The notes under the pieces: generated by a model | What the model was told of the DNA's origin: nothing | Seen by the model: the letters and a program-made list of their open reading frames with translations, nothing else | Database searches by the model: none | Translations under genes and position numbers: made by a program | Part shown: positions 57,141 to 64,000 of the stretch, piece by piece | How positions within the stretch are numbered: the stretch's first letter is position 1 | How the letters are laid out: every line of letters begins with the position of its first letter | Assembly (NCBI GenBank): GCA_963749705.1 | Contig: CAVVNQ010000002.1 | Coordinates: forward strand, 160,001-224,000 | Direction: 5' to 3' | Length of the DNA: 64,000 nucleotides | Origin: an uncultured Chloroflexia bacterium | GTDB lineage: Bacteria > Chloroflexota > Limnocylindria > Limnocylindrales > CSP1-4

Positions 57141-57620
57141 ATGATCGACATCCCGCTCCCCGAGCATGGCTGGTTCTGTGTGCCGACGCCGGACGGAGGG
57201 CTCGCCTGTGGCCGAAACGACGACGTCCTCACCGGCTGCTGGAACATTCGCACCGGAGAGGCGATCGTCGAGCAGCTCCGCGCAGCCAACGGCGGGGCCG
57301 ACGGGGTGCTGCTGCTCGAGGTCCACGTCCACCTGCGGGAGATCAACGAGGCCCACGGCCATGCCGTGGGGGACGACGTGCTGCGGGCCGTTGCTGCGCG
57401 GCTGCGCTCGCTTCCGTCAGGTGCATACGCATATCGAAGCGGAGGTGTCACGTTCGTGCTCCCCGCGACCGCGGCGCCGGGAGGCGATGGAGGCATCGCT
57501 GCGGAGGTACTCGCTGCCCTGGGCCAACCGGTCCTCACGCGGGCGGGCACGGTCCCAGTTCGGGTTGAGGTCGCCGTCTCGCCCGAGGGCGACTCGGTCG
57601 CCGTGGACGCCCTTGCATAA
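57141..57620 (+). CDS. degenerate GGDEF-domain protein
   Basis: D.LTGCWN, INEAHGHAVGDDVLRAVAARL; the active-site motif reads YRSGGVTF. Confidence 0.7.
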   Translation: MIDIPLPEHGWFCVPTPDGGLACGRNDDVLTGCWNIRTGEAIVEQLRAANGGADGVLLLEVHVHLREINEAHGHAVGDDVLRAVAARLRSLPSGAYAYRSGGVTFVLPATAAPGGDGGIAAEVLAALGQPVLTRAGTVPVRVEVAVSPEGDSVAVDALA

Positions 57621-57835
57621 GCCTGAGCCGAGCCGTTCGCGGGCTTGGGGGGCATGACGCCCGACCACGTGGTGACATTCCAGCCACAGATCCGTGAGTG
57701 GGACAGTGAGGCCGGGGACTCGTCGTCAGTTCGGCCCCCGCCCCGCCTTGCGTCGGCGTGCGAGAATCGCGGTCTCGCCCCTTCGGGGCGACCATGTGAG
57801 GTCTGCAGGCCATCCGCGCTGATCGAAGTCCGGGC

Positions 57836-58042
57836 ATGAAGACCGGCACGCCAGGCGCCTCACGGATCGGGCTCCTGGCCGGCAGGGTGCGAGCGGTGTG
57901 TCGGCGCGCCCTGGCCGCGACGCTGCGTGTCCTGCTGGACGACACCGGTGGCATCGACGACGCCGCCCTTCCCTCGGGCTTCGCCGCCCCGTATCAGCGG
58001 GGAAGTCGCGCGGTTCGCAACCTCTGGCACATACCCTTCTGA
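57836..58042 (+). CDS. possible small hypothetical protein
   Basis: 68-aa ORF in an otherwise empty gap; no recognisable motif. Confidence 0.3.
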   Translation: MKTGTPGASRIGLLAGRVRAVCRRALAATLRVLLDDTGGIDDAALPSGFAAPYQRGSRAVRNLWHIPF

Positions 58043-58116
58043 CACCACCGGGTTGTTGCCGCGGTGGTCAGGCGTAGGCCACCAATCTGGCAGCTGCCAA
58101 CGGTCCAGCCTGCGCC

Positions 58117-58746
58117 TCAAGCGGAACCGGCATCGTCCCGCTGCCGTGCGCTGATTCGATGGAACCGGATCCCGTCGCGCAGGTCCTCGCACATCGTCGT
58201 GGATGGTTCCCCGAGCGCGCGTAGTATCGCGAACCCGTCGCCGACACAGCCGCCGAGGTGGATGGCGAGGGGCACGATCAGGTACGGGCCCCACGGGCCG
58301 AAGCAGGCAAGGAACCCGAGCCCGGAGATCGCCACCGCGGGGGCGGCCGCGATCACCAAATACTGGCGACGGGTGAACCGGTGCCCCTCGGCTGTTGCGT
58401 ACAGCGCGGGGACTGCGTGACCGACCAGCATCGAGCCGAACGAGGGCCGAGCACCGAAGCCCAGCATGGCCATGCCGTGGATCGCCTCGTGCGCGACCAT
58501 CAGCAGGGCCGTGAGGGCGACCACGACGAGGACATCGACGACCCCAAACTGGAACGAGCCCGAGACCGCGCCCGTCCGGAGGACCACCGGCAACGAGAAC
58601 AGGACGAGGCCGGCGACGGCGATGCCGATGCCGACGACGTTCCAGGCAATCCCCGCCGAGGTGCCCGGCAGCCAGTCGACAACCTCGGATTTCGCCTCCG
58701 GGTCTCGAGCGGCGCCAAATTCAGCGCGGCGGTCCTGCGTGATCAC
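58117..58746 (-). CDS. DUF3267-like membrane metalloprotease
   Basis: HEAIHG, IAAAPAV, GCVGD; several TMs. Confidence 0.8.
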   Translation of the reverse strand: MITQDRRAEFGAARDPEAKSEVVDWLPGTSAGIAWNVVGIGIAVAGLVLFSLPVVLRTGAVSGSFQFGVVDVLVVVALTALLMVAHEAIHGMAMLGFGARPSFGSMLVGHAVPALYATAEGHRFTRRQYLVIAAAPAVAISGLGFLACFGPWGPYLIVPLAIHLGGCVGDGFAILRALGEPSTTMCEDLRDGIRFHRISARQRDDAGSA

Positions 58747-58817
58747 GCGTCGACATTAGCGGCACGGCCCCCCCGCCAGAAGGGCCGGTTGGCGGGCAGG
58801 TCGTCGATGTTCACCAC

Positions 58818-59231
58818 TCACTCCAGCGACATGGCTCGACGTGCGCCACCGGGCAGCGTCGCGAGGTCGGCGGCGCGACGCACGAAGTCGCACAGGATCG
58901 CCTCGTCGATGTGGATCGACGGCTCGAACGTGAAGTAGCGGAACTGCTTCAGCCGTTCCTCGGCGCCGTGGAGCAGGAGCTGCGGATCGGCGAGGAGCGT
59001 CCCGTGCTCGAACCCGAGGTGGATGTGCCTCCGCTCCGGGCCGATCCAGGCGAAGTTCCGGATGCGCTTGCCCTTTGGGAGGGAGTAGGCGACCCACCGC
59101 CAGCCGGGCCGCACCTTCTCCACCGCCTCGGGGACCGTGCGGAGGATCAGGGACCGGAGCGTCATCCCCGTCGCACGGATCGCCTCGGGGTAGTCGTCCA
59201 GGAGGAGCTCGACAGGCTGGGTGTCGTCCAT
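58818..59231 (-). CDS. DUF1801-like protein
   Basis: LRSLILRTVPEAVEKVRPGW, HIHLGFEHGTLLADP..LLHG. Confidence 0.75.
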   Translation of the reverse strand: MDDTQPVELLLDDYPEAIRATGMTLRSLILRTVPEAVEKVRPGWRWVAYSLPKGKRIRNFAWIGPERRHIHLGFEHGTLLADPQLLLHGAEERLKQFRYFTFEPSIHIDEAILCDFVRRAADLATLPGGARRAMSLE

Positions 59232-59358
59232 GCGGTCATTGTGCAACGCGTCGTCGCCGAGTCGTGTCAGGATTGGAGCCTGACGAGGAGGATGCAGTGC
59301 CGCGATCCCAGAGGTTCACGTTGTCAGACCCCGAGGAACGCTGGTGGGCGGTCATGCC

Positions 59359-59715
59359 ATGAGCACCACGGCCGGCCATCGGATCTTCACGACGACCGTC
59401 GCCTCGGTCTACCCGCTCTACGTCGCCAAGGTGGAGCGGAAGGGCCGCACCCAGGACGAGCTCGACGCGGTGATCGAGTGGCTGACGGGCTACGACGACG
59501 CGGAGCTGCGCCGCCACCTCGATGCCGGGACGACTTTCGAGGACTTCTTTGCCGCGGCGAGCCTGCACCCGAACGTGACGCAGATCACCGGCGTGGTCTG
59601 CGGCGTGCGCGTGGAGGCGATCGAGGACCCGCTGATGCAGCAGATCCGCTACCTCGACAAGCTCGTCGACGAGCTCGCCAAAGGCAGGGCGCTGGAGAAG
59701 ATCCTCCGCGCCTGA
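59359..59715 (+). CDS. DUF2200 family protein
   Basis: [45 protein letters not shown]. Confidence 0.9.
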   Translation: MSTTAGHRIFTTTVASVYPLYVAKVERKGRTQDELDAVIEWLTGYDDAELRRHLDAGTTFEDFFAAASLHPNVTQITGVVCGVRVEAIEDPLMQQIRYLDKLVDELAKGRALEKILRA

Positions 59716-59798
59716 CGGCATCCGGACGGGCTTGCGGTCCGCGCTATCCTCGCCCGGAGGGCCCGCGCAGGCCGGCCCCAGCCTGAATTGAGGGACCC

Positions 59799-60218
59799 AT
59801 GGCCGCCGATCCCAAGCTCGATCGCCTTCGTTCCGTCCCACTGTTCGCCGGCCTCGGGTCACGCGAGATCGAGCGCCTCGGTCAGCTGGCAGACGAGGTC
59901 GACGTCCCGGCGGGCCATGTCCTGATGCGCCAGGGTGATCGGGGCAACGAGATGTTCGTCCTGGTCAGCGGCAAGGTGTCCGTGGAGCGAGAGGGCCGGG
60001 CCCTGGGCGAGCGAGGCGCCGGCTCCGTGCTGGGCGAGATCGCGCTGCTTGCGGAGATGCCCCGCACGGCGACGGTTATCGCGATCGAGCCGTCGCGACT
60101 GTTCGTGGTGGGACATCGCGAGTTCCATTCCCTGATGGATCAGATGCCGTCGGTGAGGACCTCCGTCCTCGAAGTCCTCGCGAGCCGGATCGCCGCCCTG
60201 GATCCCGACGCGTCCTGA
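59799..60218 (+). CDS. stand-alone cyclic nucleotide-binding domain protein
   Basis: VPLFAGL, RQGD.G.EMFVLVSG, GEIALL..PRTATV. Confidence 0.88.
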   Translation: MAADPKLDRLRSVPLFAGLGSREIERLGQLADEVDVPAGHVLMRQGDRGNEMFVLVSGKVSVEREGRALGERGAGSVLGEIALLAEMPRTATVIAIEPSRLFVVGHREFHSLMDQMPSVRTSVLEVLASRIAALDPDAS

Positions 60219-60321
60219 CCGCAGCGCCGCCCGCCTGACGACGCAGCGTCGTCCAACCCCTCTGCCTGACGCCGGGGCTCGGCTGATGCCTCGTGCGGCG
60301 TGCGAGGCATCGCAGCCCTGA

Positions 60322-60945
60322 TCACCCGGACCGTGGCGCCGGAGCGGGGGACACGGGCAGGGGGTCGAGGAGGTATCGCCGCACCACGGGTGTGATCCAC
60401 GCCGCGAGCTGGTCGGGCTCGAGGCTTGCCAGCGGCTCGATCCGGAGGATGTTCCGCGCCAGCACCAGCCCGGCGGTCAGGGAGGCGAGCAGCGAGGCGC
60501 GGAGCTCGGGCTGGTCGGCGCCGATCTGCTCGGCGATCGGCCGCAGCATCCGTTGGGTGAGGAACTCCCGGGCCATGACCGACGCCTCCGGGTCCGAGGC
60601 CGCAGCACGCACGAGCCCGGATGTCACGCGCTGGAAATGGTCGTCGACGAGCGAGCCGACGAGGAACTCAGCCAGGGCCTTGGCCGGATCGCTACCGGAG
60701 CGCAGGACCGTGGGCAGGAGCGCGCGTGGGTCGGCCGGCGGCTCCACGACCTCCAGGAACAGGCGCTGCTTGGATCCGAAGTAATGGGTGACCAGCCGCG
60801 AGTCAACGCCGGCGTCCTCGGCGATACCGCGAACCGTGGTGCGGTCGTAGCCGAGCTCGGCGAACAGGCGGCCGGCGGACGCCAGGATCTGATCTCGGGT
60901 CCTGGGCCGGCCCGGTCGGCGGCCCGGTCGTGCGGTGTCGGTCAC
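60322..60945 (-). CDS. TetR family transcriptional regulator
   Basis: ILASAGRLFAELGYDRTTVRGIAEDAGVD..LV.HYFGSKQRLF helix-turn-helix. Confidence 0.92.
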   Translation of the reverse strand: MTDTARPGRRPGRPRTRDQILASAGRLFAELGYDRTTVRGIAEDAGVDSRLVTHYFGSKQRLFLEVVEPPADPRALLPTVLRSGSDPAKALAEFLVGSLVDDHFQRVTSGLVRAAASDPEASVMAREFLTQRMLRPIAEQIGADQPELRASLLASLTAGLVLARNILRIEPLASLEPDQLAAWITPVVRRYLLDPLPVSPAPAPRSG

Positions 60946-60977
60946 GGGTCAATCGTGCCCCAGTTGAGAACGGCTTG

Positions 60978-61022
60978 CGTCAAAGGGTTGACGACCTCCG
61001 GTAGTATATCCACACACGTGGA
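60978..61022. promoter_or_regulatory. putative TetR operator palindromes in the divergent tetR/MFS promoter
   Basis: CGTCAA-AGGG-TTGACG (60978-60993) and TCCAC-ACAC-GTGGA (61009-61022). Confidence 0.5.
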
Positions 61023-61037
61023 AATAGGAGAAGAGAG

Positions 61038-62615
61038 ATGGATGCGTCCCCCGAGATCGTGATCGTCAGCCCCCGCAGACGGCGAGCCGTCCTCGGGGTC
61101 GTCGCCGTGTCCCTGATGATGGTGGTGTCCGCCGTCAGCGGGCTCAACGTCGCCCTGCCCAGCCTCGCCACCGAGACGGGCGCCACGCAGTCGCAGCTGC
61201 AGTGGATCGTCGATGCCTACACCGTCGTGTTCGCGGGCCTGCTGTTGTTTGCGGGGGCGGTGGGGGACCGGTTCGGACGGCGCGAGACGCTGATGGGGGG
61301 CCTGGCCGTGTTCGGGCTGTCGGCCCTGGGTGCGATGTTCACGTCGGACCCGACGGTCCTGATCGGCCTCCGCGCCGGGATGGGGATCGGCGCCGCGTTC
61401 GTGATGCCCACGACCTTGTCGGTGATCACGACCTCGTTTCCTGCGGATGAGCGCGGGCGCGCCGTTGGCGTGTGGGTCGGGGTGGCCGGTGGAGGTGCCG
61501 TGCTGGGCCTGTTCGGGGCGGGCCTGCTCCTCGAGTGGTTCTCCTGGAACTCGTTCTTCGCGCTCAATGTCGTCCTCGCCGTCATCGCGCTGATCGGGAC
61601 GGTCGCGCTCATCCCCACCAGCCGCGATGCCGATCCGCCGGCGCTCAACGCGGGCAGCGCCGTGCTGTCGCTGATCGGAATCTCGGCGCTCGTGTTCGGG
61701 ATCATCGAGGGTCCCACGTCGGGGTGGGACGACCCGTCGGTGGTCGTCGCCCTGGTCGGCGGGGTCGTCGCCCTGGTGCTCTTCGTTGCCGTGGAGCTGC
61801 GGGCAACGGCGCCCATGCTCGACCCGCGGCTGTTCCTGCTCCGCGGGTTCGGCACCGGATCGCTGTCGATCAGCGCGCAGTTCTTCGCGGCCTTCGGCTT
61901 CTTCTTCATCGTCATGCAGTACCTGCAGTTCGTGAACGGGTTCTCGCCGCTCACCGCGGCCGCCGCGCTGCTGCCGATGCCGTTCGTCCTGATCCCGACC
62001 GCGCGCAACGCTCCGCGACTCGCCGATCGGTTCGGGTTCTCGCGGGTCGGGGCGCTGGGGTTGACGCTGATCGCGGCCGGGTTCCTCGTGATCTCCGCGC
62101 TCGGGCCGGACCTCGTCTATTGGCAGTTCGCGATCGGCGTCGTGCTGTTCGCGATGGGCATGGGCATGGCCGGTACGCCGGCGACCACCGCGATCGTGTC
62201 CTCGCTGCCCGCCGCCAAACAGGGCGTTGCGTCCGCCGTCAACGACACGGCACGCGAGGTGGGCAGCGCGTTCGGGATCGCGATCCTCGGCAGCGTCCTC
62301 AACAGCACGTACCGGGATGCGATGGCCGGGGCGGTCGCCGGGTTGCCGCCGCAGGTCGCCGAGGCGGCAAGGAGCTCGATCGCGTTCGTCCAGTTCGGGC
62401 CGATCGAGCAGCTGGGTGAGCGCGGCGCGGCCCTCGTGACCGCCGCCAACCAGGCGTTTGCGAGCGGCGTGTCGGCCGCCGTCCTCACCGCGAGCGTGGT
62501 GCTGATCGGCGCGGCGGTCGTGGTCCTGGCGTTCGGGCCGCGCGGTGCCGCCGCGCGGGCGGCGACGGCCGTCGGCCGCGACGAGACCGCCGAGCTCGAG
62601 GCGGTTGCCGGGTAG
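61038..62615 (+). CDS. DHA2-type MFS efflux transporter
   Basis: LNVALP, QWIVDAY, GDRFGRR motif A, about 14 TMs, ASAVND..RE.G. Confidence 0.9.
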   Translation: MDASPEIVIVSPRRRRAVLGVVAVSLMMVVSAVSGLNVALPSLATETGATQSQLQWIVDAYTVVFAGLLLFAGAVGDRFGRRETLMGGLAVFGLSALGAMFTSDPTVLIGLRAGMGIGAAFVMPTTLSVITTSFPADERGRAVGVWVGVAGGGAVLGLFGAGLLLEWFSWNSFFALNVVLAVIALIGTVALIPTSRDADPPALNAGSAVLSLIGISALVFGIIEGPTSGWDDPSVVVALVGGVVALVLFVAVELRATAPMLDPRLFLLRGFGTGSLSISAQFFAAFGFFFIVMQYLQFVNGFSPLTAAAALLPMPFVLIPTARNAPRLADRFGFSRVGALGLTLIAAGFLVISALGPDLVYWQFAIGVVLFAMGMGMAGTPATTAIVSSLPAAKQGVASAVNDTAREVGSAFGIAILGSVLNSTYRDAMAGAVAGLPPQVAEAARSSIAFVQFGPIEQLGERGAALVTAANQAFASGVSAAVLTASVVLIGAAVVVLAFGPRGAAARAATAVGRDETAELEAVAG

Positions 62616-62642
62616 CGTCGGACCGGGAACCGGATCAACGGA

Positions 62643-62677
62643 AGAGGCCCGCCGTCGCCGGCGGGCCTCTCCTCTTC
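62643..62677. terminator. hairpin between convergent genes, probably a bidirectional terminator
   Basis: AGAGGCCCGCCG-TCGC-CGGCGGGCCTCT perfect 12-bp stem. Confidence 0.75.
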
Positions 62678-62696
62678 TGCTGGGTTCAGCCCCGGG

Positions 62697-64000
62697 TTAC
62701 AGGCCCGCGGCGCTGATCATCCAGATGCCGCGACCGTGGGTCGCTGCGTACAGATTGCCATCGGGGCCAAGCTCCACGTCCATCACGACGGTGGCCGGGA
62801 AGTTGGAGCCGAGGCGCTGCCAGGTGGTGCTGCCCGACGCGCGGTAGAGCACGCCGAGGTCCGTGCCGACGACGATGCCGCCGGTGGACGTGACCTTGAT
62901 GCTGCTGGCCGGAACATCCGGGAAGTTGCCGGCAACCTTCGGATCGCCGCCGATGTCGGTCCAGGTCGCACCGTGGTCGGTCGACTCGAAGATGTGGCCG
63001 ATGCCGGCGCCCGGACCCTCGGTGAAGCGGCGGCTGAAGCCATTCATCGCGAGGAACAGGTTGCCGTCACCGTCGACGGCAACACCGCCGACGTAGCGGT
63101 TCGGTACCACGTCGCCGCCGAGCGAGCCGTCAAGCGTCGCCTCGCTCCAGTCCCACTTCGTTCCATTGAAGTGGCCCACGGACACGCCGCGCGTGAACCC
63201 GGCGTTGTTGCAGCCGCCGCACCAGCCGGCGATCGCAGTGTCGCCGGTGTATGCGATGGCCGTCGCGACCTGGGCTCCGCTGCCCGGGAACGTGTACACC
63301 TTGTCCCACTCACTGCCGGAACGGATGTCGAACCCGTTCGACTGGAACCAGATGCTGTGCCCGCCGGCGAGCCAGTTGTCGATGTTGCCGGCATCGGCCG
63401 CGAACGGCGCGATGAACCGGGCGTTGATGTCGGGCGGCGAGATGTCGACGGTCGTGGCGAGGCTCTTGTCGAAGAACGCGCCGTAGGTCGGGTCCTGCGG
63501 GTTGGCGCAGGTCCAGGTGACCTCCATCGACAGGTAGACGTACTCCTGGACGATGTTGCAGCCGTTGTTCGGGTCGACGAGGACGTCGCCGCCATCGCCG
63601 CCGAAGTTGGAGCTCATGGCAGACCCGCCGACTCGCATCACCGAGCCGCCGTTGTCCTGGAGGCCGCCGCTCACGATCGCGCCGGTGCCCGCCGGAGCCA
63701 GGTCCGCGTTGTCAGCGGCAAGCCCGACGCCCACCGCGTAATACTGGAGCGCGTCGATGGAGCCGTCGTTGAGGCTCTTCCAGTCGATCGCGTTGCCGTT
63801 GCGGTCGACCTTGCCGTTGATCGGCCGGCGGTAGACGCCGCCGTCATTGCCGACGTAGACGTAGGTCTTGCCGTGGTACGTGCCGACGGCAGCCGAGTGC
63901 TGGTCGGGATGTGTCGTCTGGGGGCAGCGGTTCGCCGCCGGCGACGTTCCCTCGGGGTTCGACGGATAGACGCTGTCCGGCGCCCAGCAGCTGAAGTAGA
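62697..64000 (-). CDS. BNR/Asp-box beta-propeller protein (glycosyl hydrolase/VPS10-like), 5' end outside the window
   Basis: HPDQH, GNDGGVY, GGLQDNG, GGDGG, ESTDHGATW Asp-box, GTDLGV, ATHGRGIW; frame stays open to the window edge. Confidence 0.8.
   Translation of the reverse strand, partial: YFSCWAPDSVYPSNPEGTSPAANRCPQTTHPDQHSAAVGTYHGKTYVYVGNDGGVYRRPINGKVDRNGNAIDWKSLNDGSIDALQYYAVGVGLAADNADLAPAGTGAIVSGGLQDNGGSVMRVGGSAMSSNFGGDGGDVLVDPNNGCNIVQEYVYLSMEVTWTCANPQDPTYGAFFDKSLATTVDISPPDINARFIAPFAADAGNIDNWLAGGHSIWFQSNGFDIRSGSEWDKVYTFPGSGAQVATAIAYTGDTAIAGWCGGCNNAGFTRGVSVGHFNGTKWDWSEATLDGSLGGDVVPNRYVGGVAVDGDGNLFLAMNGFSRRFTEGPGAGIGHIFESTDHGATWTDIGGDPKVAGNFPDVPASSIKVTSTGGIVVGTDLGVLYRASGSTTWQRLGSNFPATVVMDVELGPDGNLYAATHGRGIWMISAAGL

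Noticed and set aside
57075-60300. Integrated element at tRNA-Arg
   Set aside because: No integrase, transposase or duplicated tRNA 3' end seen within the window; only a loose set of small accessory genes

Overview
A very GC-rich bacterial chromosomal segment, mostly on the + strand. Gene content and protein style suggest Chloroflexota, possibly Limnocylindria/Ellin6529; this is an inference, not tested. Housekeeping runs are alaS-[ftsA-like]-[baseplate-J-like]-ruvX-mltG-pepP-efp-xseAB-dxs-tlyA-nadK-recN-xerD-...-scpAB-rluB, then cmk::plsC-ispH-der-gpsA, moeA-moaC-mog, an Fe-S/CCG oxidoreductase with acyl-CoA dehydrogenase and etfBA, and nrdR-dcd. There are two tRNAs (Pro-GGG, Arg-CCT) and small accessory patches at about 23.2-28.7 kb, 34.9-36.7 kb and 57.1-60.3 kb. 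Most notable: (1) an orphan FtsA-like actin-fold ATPase next to a frameshift-broken bitopic membrane protein with a STAS/MinC-N-like cytoplasmic domain and a baseplate-J/gp47-like outer domain, sitting upstream of ruvX-mltG, a candidate undescribed envelope/cytoskeletal module; (2) a class 3 (Ala1, WCT) LAGLIDADG intein inserted at the catalytic Ser of dCTP deaminase, in an operon carrying tandem NrdR boxes; (3) an unannotated ~280-nt multi-stem structured element at 46846-47123, a candidate novel ncRNA; (4) repeated leaderless-type promoters; (5) an Arg32-type EF-P. No CRISPR array, rRNA, prophage or transposase was seen. All calls come from reading motifs by eye; no searches were run.
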